From contig OZ316893.1 in the NCBI GenBank assembly GCA_973895155.1, positions 23,954,015 through 24,018,014 of the forward strand: a stretch of 64,000 nucleotides of DNA, given 5' to 3'. Below, piece after piece: positions 39,001 through 52,409 of this stretch (its first letter is position 1; every line of letters begins with the position of its first letter). The notes under the pieces were generated by a model, which did no database searches, was not told the origin of the DNA, and was given only the letters and a program-made list of their open reading frames with translations. This DNA is from Marsupella aquatica. Lineage: Eukaryota > Plantae > Marchantiophyta. The position numbers and the translations under genes were made by a program.

Positions 39001-42000
39001 AAGCTGACAAGCAGCAGATAGCCGCTGTCGTAACAGCCTGCACAGAACTGCTTTGCGTTCTAAACAAGGAGCTTAAGAAATTGTTTAAGACTATGATTTC
39101 TACTGAAGCGGACTCGACCAGTTTCGTGGAGCATAGTAACGAACTGACAGCTCAGGAGCTCATTAGGGCAGATACTGATTTTAGAAAGATGGTCAATAGC
39201 CTGCCAAGCGTCGTTGAAGAGGTCGCAAAATTGAAGAGGGGAAAAAGTACACTGGAGCAGACTCTGCAGTCCCTTGAGCTTCAGAAAGAAGACGCTATTC
39301 GTCGAAGTAGTGAACACCTGGACAAGATGCTGAAATTGTCTGATTGTTCTCAACAAGAGGTCAATAGACAGAGAGATCAACTCAACACAGTTCGCTCTTT
39401 GGTCAGTTCCGTTTCAGTGAAGAGGACGCTATCTTCCAACGACACAAGTAGCAAGCAGGATGTAAACCAAAATGGACTTACATTGGAACTCGAAGGCATT
39501 ATAAAGGAACTTGTTGCTTTGCGGACGGACAAGACACATCTAGAGGCTGCAGTGAGTGAGTTACGATCCAAGGGAGCTTCAGAGCAGGAAAAGTTGCAGG
39601 ATTTGGGCATCAAGTTGTCTTCATCTGAGGCTCAAGTCCAGACCTTGTCTATAGGTGCTGTGGCTGCTGAGTCAAAACTACAGATTCTGGAAAGTCAACT
39701 TGCAGCTGCAGCAACACAGCTTTCCGAGCTGCTTGTAGTGATATCATCCAAGGATAGCGTCCCAAGCTCAGCTGGCAAGAGCTCAAGTTCTGAAGTATGG
39801 ACTAAAGGCATGGACATTGGTGCCATAATCAAAGATGTGCAAAACAGAGTGTTGGAACTCTTGTCTGCGAGGGATGAGGAGTTGAGCAAGAGAGCAAAGG
39901 AAGGTAACAAGTGGAAAGGACAACAAGAAGCTCTAGAAAGGGATTTCAAACTGTCAACTGCTGAGTTAGAAAGGTTAAGAGTAAAGTCAAGTGGGCAGGA
40001 AGGATTTATCAAGACACATACAGCAGAATGGACAAGTGTTGTTGCAAACCTTAAGATTGAGATTGCTAGGCTCGGAGGTACTGCTTCTACTCTTGGAGTT
40101 GACATAGTATGTGTATTAGCTCTGCAAATCATGCAGGAAACCTCCAACCTAGACCAAAGACGGTTACAAAGAGGATTGGTGGACCTTTGGTTGATTGCTG
40201 AAAGCAATGGTGGATTCCTCCAATAACTTGAATTCATATGAAGGATCAAAATATCTCTTCGGACACTAATTTTGTCAGTGTCAGCAACTGTTATTTCATT
40301 AGGTGGGCATCAATATTTTCGTATGTATGGCTCAATGATGGTTATCAACATTTCTTTCTAAAGTCACCTGTAAACAATATTTGAGCTCGAAAGCTACAAC
40401 TCTCAAATTTGCCACATCTAGAGAGTTTGAAAATGCATTGCTGAAATTGAGCGTCATCACTTTCTTGTTTGATAAGGTTTTGATCCCAAAGATGAGGGGG
40501 AAATTTTGAGGAAGTCGCTAGCCATGGAAAAGGTAGTACTTTCATCCATCTTGGTCAGCTTCAACTGCAGGATTCGTTTGTTGGCGACCTAGTTTTACAC
40601 ATATACATACCAGGTTCCTGTAATGTTCCAGCTTTGGGGGAGTGAATGTTTTTTGTAATGCTTCATTCACAATTTAGTCTATGCCATCAAGCACCTCGTT
40701 TGCTTGTGTGATGTCCATCTCTTAGGTGAAGGAATTGGTTTCACCTGCCGTTACGAGGATCGCTTCTACTTCTGGTGCTCAAACTTCGGTGAGTTGTGCT
40801 TGAAGGGCCGGGAATAAGAAATTGAAGACCTTCCAAATCATTGCGAGGTTTAGTGGAAGGATAATAATATAACTGATAAAACTAGTAGTTGAAAGCAACA
40901 TGTTTTGCAATTATATATCCATTGGAAAAGAATTTGGAAACCCAGTCCAACAATTGGCTAGGAAGAATCTTTTATCCCCAAAATTATTGATCTACCAATA
41001 GTCTGAACATGTATGACTCTTCCTGAATCTTGAACGATTCAGGCTTACAGCCTATGTGATAGGTGAATTGTATGTAAGAGGTAAGTTTTGACGTCAATGA
41101 CTTGAATTGTGTTCAGACAGATGCGTCGCCATCCCGCAATCCACTGCTCAGTTTAGGAACGTTCCAAGTGGACCTACTTGTCAATAACAAGGTTGGTAGC
41201 TGGAATTTGTTGGCGGGCCTGCAAAAGAAAGAATGAAGTTCTAAGAAGTCTTTCAAGTATATAAATAAATGAGGGCAACAGTTGTGATTTTTAAATGCCC
41301 TCTTTGTTGACATTATTTTGTGATGTCCTGAAAAGGGAAGGTATAATAGTCGTCACAAAAACAGGAGGAGAAGGCATGAAGTATGCAGGGATGTTAGTGC
41401 AAAGTAGAGTCTTTACTGCATATATGTACAGGTCAGAACGAGTAGTTTGGTTCTCTATGTGGGCTACGGTGGTTGTTGAAGTGTCTCGATCTTTACTGTT
41501 TATATACCATGTATTAATTTTCCTAACTTGCAAGTAACTTTCTGAAATACTAATCTTAGTCAGCATCGTTCTGAGCAAGAGAATGATATTATGCTTCGCT
41601 TTGCAGGTTCATTCACAGCTGAAAGTTTCAGGACACAACGGAGGATTATGTCAAGCAGCGCTTCACTACTTTAATGTGGATGCGAATACTGGTGAAGTTA
41701 CGTTTGAAAACGCAATGGTCCCAGGCTCTCAATCTTCTAACTTGGTGGTGGACCTGGTAACTTTTATGCTTACTCTTTACCCTTCAAGTGTGTAAAATTC
41801 CATGAATTTTTATTTAAATGACCGTCATGGCATGGGCCTAATAAGGCAGTTTGAGAAGAAATTCTTAGCCTGGGTAATGTTATCTCGTCTATCTCCGTTT
41901 AGGATTAGCTCATTATTGCAGAAATACTTGATGTCTCAGAGCTTGTCATGGCATTTCACGCTGGGTCGCCATTACTTGCAGTTTATGCAACCAGCTGATA

Positions 42001-42868
42001 GCAAAAAAGGATATCAAACCCAGGCAGGGGACGTTCTTGGACTTCGTGTTAAGGTACTATGTCCACAATATATGGTTGTTCCTCTGCTTTCACAATACAT
42101 ATCTCGAAGGAGAAACTGCGTTGCTGAGTATTGGATTTGATTGTGGCAGTTCTCGGCTTCCAGTGACCCAAGTCCCAGGGAGGTTCTCCACAATACAAGC
42201 ATCATATGTACTGATGAGGTGTGCTTGTAACTCTCAAACATCCCTCAGAAAACTAGAATGAGTGGCTAGTTGAACCAAATAGTCATTTCAAGAAAGGCGA
42301 ATGCAGTTGTCGGTATGATGTCGATGTAGGTTGAAGTGCAGTAGCAAGATATTGGTACATTGTATTCCCACAACTTTATGGCAGGGACGGTCTATACATT
42401 GTACTGAGTACAATCCTACGAAATATTTACTGCGTGGGTCTGGAGACTAGTTGACGCCATGGATGGCTTTTGAAAACCGGATTTCAACTATTCAGGTGCT
42501 TGAGGCTATCCAGGGACAAATGACACAGAACTTCTCCCTATGGCCAGATATTGTGAGCAGCTGGCGTTGGGAGAGGGATGCGAAGAAAACTAGGTACAAT
42601 TCTGGGCATAAGCGCAGTTGATTCAAGTATGTGACACTTCAAACTTGACATCTGTTGGGTTGATTTTCTCTGCAATGAGATTGCGAAGTAATCCAAGAGT
42701 CTCACTCACCTCTTACCTTCTCGTTTACAATTGTTCAGGTGGAGCCTTACAAATGTTCGATGGCGTTTTCTGCTCAAGAACATTTTCCCGGAGTTGAGTG
42801 CCCCGTTTCAAGATCTGACAATGAGAGGACCGACTGCCCCTCGTTCATCATCAATTCACATTGCGTAG
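33077..42868 (+). CDS. Long coiled-coil protein of unknown function (~1493 aa, 14 exons: 33077-33148, 33565-33635, 33838-33984, 34422-34524, 35009-35263, 35402-35551, 36241-36570, 36744-36920, 37413-40077, 40726-40788, 41121-41191, 41607-41756, 42496-42593, 42739-42868)
   Basis: 2.67-kb E/K/L-rich heptad exon; all flanking exons have GT-AG boundaries and join into one stop-free frame; start context gccATGG. The first three exons are least certain. Confidence 0.8.
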
Positions 42869-44741
42869 AATCTATTTACATTTGACATCTGTTCAATGCT
42901 TGGTTTTGTCATCAAAGCCAACGAGAGGGCTTTAAAGGGGTTGCTGGATGGCTGCCATTACAACACCACCATGGAACCCGGTGTACCTCCATTTGGAATG
43001 GGAGTGTCAGCCCCCTACTCCCAAAGATTTCCACGGAACCCTCAAATAGTGATCGTACCGGCAAAGAAGCAAGGTACTGAGGTTTGATCTAGGAATTTCC
43101 TACAAAATGAGCATTCTTCTGACTCGAGAAATTATAATTATAATTGGCTAGGGCCCGGGTCCATCCGAGTCGGTTCACAAATTGGGTACAAAATCCAAGA
43201 GATGACTCTTCATAAGCTATGGATGGAAACAACCCATTGCAACTGCTCTGATACAGAACCACAGGAGAAAGATTGTGAATATGTAGGGTAACCTATCCCC
43301 AAGAGGGAGTAATGGGATGTAATCGTGAGGGGGTGCTGAGCCCAAGGATGTTATAGCCTGTTATCATTATCACAAGTGGGAATGAGTTACCTAAAAGACC
43401 AAGTTAATTTTTGAAACATTGATCTCACTTTTACATTATTAAACTGCACAGTTTGTCTTGTAACCACTTGTGCTTTACCTGTATTCTCATTCAAATTTGA
43501 GAATCCCCAGGCCAGACTGGCACATGGGTTCAGTGGTTCACCTGCAAGTAATGTCTCATAGCCATCTCTAGAAATGCAAGAAAAATGTTTTTGGCTGTCA
43601 CTGGTCTTTAAGTGCAGGTCATCTGCGTATAACTCTATTGTGAAATATGATTTCCAAGCTAATTGTTTGCCCAATTTAGCTACCATGCATGCTAACTCAA
43701 GCCCAACTTATCAATTATTAAAGTAGTTGGCTTGTACATTAAGGATTTGACATACTAAAAGTTTGACATACTAAAATACTCTACTTGCCTTAGCTTCTCC
43801 TCCAACTTGAGGATCACAAGTTTTTCTCTAATTTTTAATGCATGTGTGGAAGAAGTTAATGATTGTAAGCTGCATATGCTCACAAAATGGAGCTATGGGG
43901 CGCATTGCACAGAAGGCCTAATCAGGGAGGGCTGGGTAAAGGGATGATACATCAATGCCACAATCTTTCCAGAGCCACTGGTTCACATTCATAGGGACTT
44001 TGAAAATCAGCAAAATAAATAGGTGTTAAAGGGACTTTGAAACTGAGCAAAATAAATAACTTCAAAGTAACTTGAAGGACTTACCCAAAGATTTTTTGAC
44101 AGAATCCTCCAAAATATATGCAATTAGACAATTGCCTGGGCTCCACTCAAATTGATGTGGGATGGTTCTCATGGAATGTTTGACTCAAAGGCAACCCAAG
44201 TTTGAAAGTGTCTTGCATGAACCAGATCTAATGAAACAGCCCGTCAGGGCGGCTTACCTGAATGACCCCTGTTATTCCAAAGCCAACTGGATCTGTTTCC
44301 ACTCATTATACCCTCCACTTATAATCTAAAGGGAATATAAATAAGCAAAGGACCTACATCAGCGTTTCCTTGGGCCCATTACTTTGTCATGTAGAATTGG
44401 TAGACACCACCTGAATGGGCCCCAATTCTTATAAGCCAACCTCAGCGTCTCCACTCATGATTATGGTCTAGATTTAATCTCCAAGGGAATACTGTCAACA
44501 AATTCTTGGGCCCACTGCTATTGGTAAGCACCATACTTTAATGGCCATGAGTTCTTGCATGACCAACAACTGCAACCCCTTTCCTCTCATTATAGTGTCC
44601 AGATTTCACCTTAGAGTGAATCAAAGGAAGCAATGTATACCGTTAAGGACGCTCGCTGCCATATATATAATTTAATTAAACTATAATAAAGCATTGCACC
44701 TTTTTTCAAAGTGATCGTCATTCAATTTGACGAGGCTTTTT

Positions 44742-44991
44742 GAGTGAAAGAAAAGTGAACTGGAAAAAGAGAAAGGAATAAGAAGAAAACAATTATGTTT
44801 GGTGTTGAGTGAAAGAAAAGGGAACTGGAGAAAGAGAAAGGAATAAGAAGAAAACAATTATGTTTGGTGTTGAGTGAAAGAAAAGGGAACTGGAAAAAGA
44901 GAAAGGAATAAGAAGAAAACAATTATGTTTGGTGTTGAGTGAAAGAAAAGGGAACTGGAAAAAGAAAATAGAAAACAGTTATGTTTGGTGT
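44742..44991. repeat. 65-bp minisatellite, about 3.8 near-identical copies
   Basis: gagtgaaagaaaagggaactgg...aattatgtttggtgtt starts at 44742, 44807, 44872 and 44937. Confidence 0.95.
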
Positions 44992-45289
44992 GAACATGCT
45001 GAAAAGTACAAAGTATTCCCTTTTACCTTCCATGCTACACCATGCTCCTCCCTCTACCATCCATGCATAGGAAGTGCTACATCATGAGAGGAGTTTAATT
45101 ACAAATATTACATAATCAATAAAATAGTGCACAATCTAATAAAAAAGACAAGACAAGACAAGAAAATTAGTGAAAACGAAGGAAAAAGAATTGTTGTTGG
45201 GGGGGGCGGGCGGGGTGGGGCGAGGAGGGTATTAAGGTTTCACAGATTATTTTCCCCTTAAAAATAGAGAATTAAAAAAAATCTTAAAT

Positions 45290-45565
45290 GCAACGACATG
45301 TTTACGCAACAACATCTTTATACTTGACAACATATATGACTGATGACATACTTTTACTTATGGACCATTTTGTACTTAACAATAACTTTATACTTAACAA
45401 CATCTTTTCTCTTAACGATATCTAGGGTGTAGTGACATTGTTTTTCTTAACGACATCTTTGGGGACATGTATCTTTCCTCTTAGCAAAATCTTTGGCGAC
45501 GCAACATCATTTCTCTTAATGACATCTTGGGCGTCACGCCATCTTTTTTCTTCACAACATCTTTT
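45290..45565. repeat. Cluster of short degenerate AAC(G/A)ACATCTT motifs, transposon subterminal-like
   Basis: At least seven copies of ttaacRacatct-like words. Confidence 0.5.
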
Positions 45566-45955
45566 GTGCAATGCATGGGTATTGAACTAGTTAGGTATAT
45601 TGTCGTCCATATATGGTCTATTGGCATGTGCGGGGAGACCATATATATACATGAGGCAATATAGGTCATTATGGGATGAGCAAGCATTCTTGACTTTAAG
45701 TTAAGGAGATCTAGCCATTAAGGAGGTCTAGACCATGTAAGTGCCACTTTCCCATTCATTAATACCTGGATGTAAGATTGGAATGTATCTGGTACAATAT
45801 GGAATACACTCAACATGATGAGATGTAATGATGAGCAAGAGTACTATTGTGACAACAACTTAAGGCATCAAAGACACATCAGGTTAAATCAACGTCGCAT
45901 TAAGACTCCCCAACCTTCTTTGGGGCTCGGGGGGTTAACTTAGTGTATATTTTGG

Positions 45956-46184
45956 GGTACCACGTGTGATCTTATCCTAATATAAACACACCTATTTTAT
46001 AATGGAAATATTCTAAAAATATTCTCTATTTTCAATACTAATGACCTATTTTACTTTATAAAAGGTATATATTAGAGAATATTTTACAAATATAGGTTTA
46101 TAATATCTTCTTTTGCTTCCTACGCTTTTTAAAAATTTAGCTAATTTATATGAAAAATACCTATTTTGGATCGCACGTGGTTCC
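45956..46184. mobile_element. AT-rich MITE (~230 bp)
   Basis: TIRs ggtaccacgtgtgatc / gatcgcacgtggttcc; TSD unclear. Confidence 0.55.
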
Positions 46185-46225
46185 TAAGATTGTTGATAGT
46201 CAACCCCCCGAGCTTTGGGGCCTTA

Positions 46226-47808
46226 CCCTGCCCGTCACAAATCCCAAAGCTGCTGCCCGCAAGCCCGTTTGACAGACAATCACCGTTTTGGCGGACTCTA
46301 AACATACTAGCCCCCGATCCGTTGATGAACGGAAAAGTTTAATTTTTTCACATTTGACGCCCTTTAGGGTACGGGACACCCCTAGCCTCAAACGACCACA
46401 TCTCCCTCTATTTCATCCCTGGTTGTCATTCTCAGTTTTTGTGCAGTCCAACGTGCATAACAGTTCGTTATGCACGTTGGACTGCCATAACGAGCTGTTA
46501 TGGCAGTCCTGCGTTTGCGCAACTATAAGGGTTGTTGGGTTCGTGTGACTATTTAGGCAGCCATGCGATTGCCCAACTATGAGGGTTGTTGTAGTTGTGC
46601 ACCTATGTTTGTTGCTTGCATTTGTGTGATTGTTCTGGAAGCCCTATGTTTGCGCAACTATAAGGGTTGTTGCGGTCGAGTGACTGTTCTGGCAACCTCA
46701 TGTCTACACAACTATAAGGATTTGTGTGACTGTTCTGGCAACCCCACATTGCGCAACTATAAGTCAGAGTTGTCGCATTTTTTGACTGTTCTGGCAGCCC
46801 TGCACTTGTGTCCTATGATTTGTTTCTCGCATTTGTCTGGTTGTTCTGGCATATCATGATTCTTTGCACGGTTTGACGGTCATTGTCCTCCTCACATTCA
46901 ACCAATGAGAAATACACTTGCATTTGTGCGACTATACTAGTGTGCACTTATTTGCACACACAGGAGGTGAAGTATGCTTCAAATGAGTTAGTGAATTCCT
47001 AGGTAACTTATATTTACTTCTAAAAGGCTCTTAATAAAAAGTGTTGTGTGTAGCAATTGTGGACCAAATTTCATTATCGTGAAGCCTCCTCATCAAGGAA
47101 TACATTGAGGTCAATGGTAATGTTTATGTCTACATCCCTGGCACAACCTCCAAGGTTTATGACATGAGCAGGAAGTGGTGGAGTGAACTGATTTGCTCTC
47201 CTAGTACTTGGCCGCCTACCTTCCTTATATGCCCTGCCTAACCTACTCAGATGTTGCCTGATAAATTCCCAAACCACTTTTTGCTTGGATGGTAATGCAC
47301 ATGGTGTTGCGCCATCCTCCTCCTGCCATTAAAGAAAGTCACTAAGTTACCACTTCTTCAATCGGTTATTTCATACAGGATAGAACAGAAATTGGAACAA
47401 ACAAAAAATATAGAATTTACCATATTGGTAATTTGAGAGGAAGCTGCTTGTTCTCTTGTTTTTGTTGTCCTCAAAGCCATAGTCCTTCTTCCTCTCTTCC
47501 CCCCATGGTAAATGTTCACCGGCTTATAGTTGTGCAAACTCAGGGCTGCCAAAACAGTCACACAAATGCCAGCAACAAACCACAATGACAAAAATTGAGA
47601 ATGATAACCGGCCAGGGATGAAACAGAGGGAGATGTGGGTGCTCAAGGCTAGGGTGTCCCGTGCCCTAAAGGGCGTCAAATGTGAAAAGAACGAAATTTT
47701 TCTGTCTGTCAACGGATTGGGGGCTAATATGTTTAGAGTTTGCCAGAATGGTGATTAATGGTCAAGCAGGCTTACGGGCAGCAGCTTTGGGATTTGTGAC
47801 GGGCAGGG
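46226..47808. mobile_element. Non-autonomous Tc1/mariner (Stowaway-like) element, 1583 bp, with TIRs over 200 bp
   Basis: TA|ccctgcccgtcacaaatcccaaagctgctgcccg ... cgggcagcagctttgggatttgtgacgggcaggg|TA; inverted similarity extends over 46226-46440 vs 47590-47808; subterminal gtgactgttctggca / caactataagg repeats. Confidence 0.85.
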
Positions 47809-48438
47809 TACGGGCCTCAAGAAGGCTGAGGAGCCTTAATGCCGTGTTGATTTAACCCGGTGTCATCAAAGTGTGAAAATTCACCCATACTTCCTTAAGG
47901 GATTGAAAATTCACCAATACTTCCTTAAAGTATTGTCTATCTGCATGCATGGCCATTACTTCTTGCATGACCAACTGCAGCCCTTTCCACTCATTATAGT
48001 TTCCAAGTTTAATATCATAGGAAATGAAAAGAAACAGTAGAGCATCTCCAAGCTTCAATCACAATTACTGCTGAGGGTTTCTGGCCATAAACAAATAGCC
48101 ATAGCTTTTTCACTTGTTTATATAAACAGATTTTGGTTTATTTTTCTCACTAACTTCTGCATGACTTGGTCATGGAATATGACCAATCTTTATGGCAAAA
48201 TGCTATGTGTCATGAATTTGGAAGTCCATAATTTTTGGTGTCCATCAAATTTTGAGTTTTGAGACCTCCTAATGTACCCAATAAGCAACACTCGTTTGCT
48301 TTGATTCATCAAATTTTGAGTTTTGATAACCCCCAAGGACTCAATAAGCAACACTCTTTTGCTTTGTACTTTGTTTGGCCCATTTTTTAGTAAATTGGTC
48401 CTTTTTCGTTTCCTTGGTTCACTTGGCCTCATAATATG

Positions 48439-51400
48439 CTACAGTTCCCAGGCCATTTTCACAGAGTCCCCCGTCCCAAGGACGCCATATCGTCTCCTGG
48501 TGTAATCCCTGAGCGACGTGTCGTTGACGGCGCAGTGGCTCGTCTCCCAGTCCGAGGGCTTGGTGGCTTCAGAGCCCAGTCCTTCAGGTCGGTCCTTAGA
48601 GTTCAAGTTCTTGGGTTCCTTCCAATCGACCACGTACGTCGACGCCCTCTTCGCGAATTTCTTCTCGAACTCGCTCCACGCTTGATACTTGTAGTGATGC
48701 ACGACAGCGTGCCGAACGTCGAGGTAGATCGTCTGGTGCGTGGGCTTCAAGAGGAAGTGGTGGATCACATTCTGCAGCGAGCTCTTCAGCGCCGGGAAGA
48801 AGATCAGGGATTTGTGCCTCTGCTCGCCCCGGTCTCTACAAGTGTAGCCCTGTGTCACTCCCTCCGCCGGACTCGCGCTTCGGCCAGATGGCCCAAAGTT
48901 CCTGCACTGGAATGAAATCTGTCCCAATTGCTGAGATGGCGGAGCAGGAGTGCTGCCTGTGGAGGCAATGGGTGTCACCCTCGCGAGAGTGTCTTCGATG
49001 AGAGATGCGAGAGGACTCGATGATGATGATGGTCTGGTGTTATGGTCGGCTCTGAGATTGAGCCATCGTTTGGGGAAGAGGTACTCGTCGACGTCGGTGA
49101 ACAGAATCCAGGTGCACTCACGCTGAGCCTCGATGGCGCAATTGGAGAAGCCGGCCTCCTGTGTCTTCACCCACGGCCAATTGATTCTGGTGACGTTGTA
49201 CTGGGAGAGCTCGCTCACCGCGCTTCGGATGTCATCCTCGCTGTTGTTGTCGTAGAGGAAGAATTTCTCAACCCCGAGGTCGGAGTTGAAGAGCACCCAT
49301 TCTTTGAGGAACTTGGCAACGTTCCAGATCATCGTGCACGAGCAGACGAAATGTCTCTTCTGTGATGAGGTCGAGTTGCCGAGCTCTCCGAAAGTCTTGA
49401 ACTCGTTGGAGCCCGCCTCCAAATGCCTGTTCCCTCGTGCCGGCAGAATGGCATCGTAGTAGGCAACGGAGGGAATGGTCTTGCCTTTGTAGAGCAAATG
49501 CACTTTCACTCTGGTGACGAAGGTTGTGGGATGGTTCACACTCGGAAACTGACACCTAAAAACCTCTAGGGCACCGGCTGTGACAGGAGTTTCCACCGAC
49601 TCTCCAAACTTACACCGGAAATTCTCCAGCTCGGTATACTCCGTGGCCTTGCTTCGTGATGCATCGAAGAGGTTCTTCACGTAGATGACGACATCCACGT
49701 CCGTGGACTGCACTGCATAGACGAGAGCTTCATCCCACCGAACTGGCTGCACTAGAATTCCATCCACGCGTGGCAGTAGGGCCAGCCCACTGTCCAGCTC
49801 CAGAGACACATTCTCAACCTTAAATGTTTTCAGCGTGCTCAGGGACGACGGTCTCGTGCATGAGACGCCCAGTCTGCCGTCTGGTAACAAATCCACCAAG
49901 CGAGGGGGTGACTTCAGCTCCGGCTCCTCGCCATAAATACACGCAGAAATTCTGTCTTGGTGGAGTAAACCTGAGCCTGAGCCATGCCTCAAAATGAACA
50001 AATCCAAGTCCTCCGGAAGGACCACCAGATCTTCGATGAAAGGAAGAGATTCCAGATCTTCGATGAAAGGAAGAGATTCTGCTACTGCGAGTCCACTCGT
50101 AGTCTTTAGCCCCTCTGTGGAAGTAGGCGTGGTGGTTAAGTCTCCACCATTGCCATGACTTGTTAGTGATCTGGGATGGGTTTTGGGTGCGGCGCCACCA
50201 CCACTTTTCTGGCTGAGGGCGTTGAAAGACAATGCAAACATCTGCTCCGTTCGAAGCTCCCATAGCACTTTCGCGGATGACCCATAGTCACGAGGATATG
50301 AGAGAACCAGGTTTCTAGGATAGAAAATCTTAGCTGCAGGCATCACCAACGACCACACCACAACAATAGTCAGCTCACTAATAATGATTGCGACTCAATC
50401 CAAATAAACAATTCACATTTGCAGTTACCCAAAGATCACACCACAACATTAGTAAGCTCACTAGTGAGGATTGCGAGTCAATCCCGAGAAAAAATTCACA
50501 TTTGCAATTATGCAATCATGCAGGATTCAAATAAGTCGTCAAAGAGTGATGCAACGCAGTGAATTTGCACCGCGAGGACGATTGAAAGATATCATTTTGC
50601 CAAGACACTGACATCTTGGGCCCTTACGGTCCGGCCCTGAGGTTGAGCTACTCCACCTTGAGACCATTCGCTAGATCGTGCGTCGCCCACCTCGAGAATC
50701 CAAAATGCGACACATGATCTATTGAGCTAGAAGCTCCCCAGCTGGCAGGATCTGATCGATCTCGACCAGACTTCTAAGCTACAATTGGATATGGAAGATA
50801 TCACCACAATGACGTGAGAGTTTTAGGTTCTAATTTTCTTCACGTGTGAATTGTGATGCAGCTCCATACCTGCCAGACGTGGCTGAGGCCGCGCATCGTG
50901 TGTGGTACAGATCAGGATCTTATTGTCCCCAGAAACCCCGCCAAAAACAAATTTGACATTTAATTACATGTACAGGTGCTAGTGACAAAGCCATTGCAGA
51001 TCCCGAACCTGTACGTGACCAGGGCTCATAGCCCTTTCAACTTCTTGCGATCCTCCCGTTCATCCACTTTGCGATGCAAACGGAAGTTACTGGGACATCG
51101 GTCTCACCCATCTCTGATTATGACTGTTCGTGCTAAGAAGTCTGGTGGATCAAGCTCTTTTCCGCCGTGGGACAGGTATTCTCACACAAAATGACTGAAT
51201 TACTGAAAAATAGATGAAGTTATGAACATGCGGATTCCGCGGATTCCATGCTAGTCAGAGCATGAACAGTTGCATTGACGTCGGTAAGTTGCGATCGCTG
51301 TCAGGATCGTCGTCGCTGACCTTAGTCAGAGAGTGCTTGCCACTTGAGATAGTATGTTGTCTGAAGATAAATCATTCTTTAGTTCAAACTTCAAACCTTT

Positions 51401-52409
51401 GCCGTGAACCTTCGAGTCAGAGACTTGACCCGAGATTTGAAAACCCAAACATCCCCGAACATTTCCGACTATTGGATATGGCGAGATAAAATAATTATGA
51501 TTTGAGTTTGAGAACGGACAGATCGTACCACCGATAATACTCGACTCGTCGTGATTAAACACCACTGCAGTACTGCAATCCATCGGTGACCGCATATTCT
51601 TGGGCGCCGACTCTAGCAATGGAAAAAGCCTGGTCACTCGTCACATGGACTCATGCTCAGTTGTTGTCAGAACGAGCCGTCCACTGAGCGCTGATTTCAA
51701 AAATGTACACGATAATTATGCGAGATCGAAAGGAGCTCAAGTCTAAAATCCTCCGAGTCAAAACCATCTTCAGCAAGGTGGTGGGGGCAAGTAGGGTCTC
51801 GATCACCTCGATGCAAACGAAAGATTCAAGACAAATCATCACACGGCCTACACCACCAAAACTGACGCTTCTCATCCAGGTGTGAGCAATTCAAGCTGAT
51901 GGCAACGTGGGCGACTCCTCGTACCGAAATATGAGATCATGAACGAGAGGCGGACCGTACGTCTAGCTAGAGAAAAGAGGCCGAAGTCCTGATCATTAGG
52001 TCGTGCTAAAGCTTCGTGCACAATATTCAATGAGAGTTCAGGCTCTAAGACTTCTCGTTTCCATGTTCGCTTTCCAAGCTTGTGCCACGGCTCGGATGGT
52101 AATGGCTGTTTCAGGCAGCTTGAGCTTGTGCCCAACATCGATCTACAAGGAGAGAACAGACGATTAATCGAAAGAATGAATGGAAGTTATAGTAGGCGAG
52201 CAGGAGATCGGCCGGAGGGGATAAGGAGAGGCTAGGAATTAAATACCTTGCTTTGAGTTGCCGATGGGCGAGACGGAGGCCAACAAGAAAAGAGCTGCGA
52301 GGGAGACCACGAAAGCCCATACTCGGATGAGACTCCAGGGAACCCTCCCAATGTGATCCACAGGTTTTCTGTGGGCTCCGACTCCTTTCTCCAGCCCTCC
52401 ACGCGCCAT
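48439..52409 (-). CDS. Glycosyltransferase family 92 (DUF23) protein; exon 1 52409-52247 (signal anchor), exon 2 50333-48439 (685 aa)
   Basis: CTMIWNVAKFLKEW, GVEKFFLYDNNSED, WPWVKTQEAGF, DVDEY (DxD), RHKS, HHYKYQAWSEF..KF..R.STYVVDW. Exon 1 (…VWAFVVSLAALFLLASV…) joins in phase 1 to AKIFYP. Confidence 0.92.
50355..50510. repeat. ~82-bp degenerate tandem duplication at the 3' end of the GT92 intron
   Basis: acaccacaaca.tagt.agctcacta...gattgcga.tcaatcc...aattcacatttgca x2. Confidence 0.75.

Noticed and set aside
38384-40249. Minus-strand ORFs of 78-184 aa
   Set aside because: Antisense shadows of the large coiled-coil exon.
44742-44991. Regular repeat array considered as CRISPR-like
   Set aside because: Units are contiguous 65-bp copies without unique spacers; eukaryotic context; no cas genes.
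48436-49365. Plus-strand ORFs of 159 and 107 aa
   Set aside because: Antisense shadows of the GC-rich GT92 CDS.
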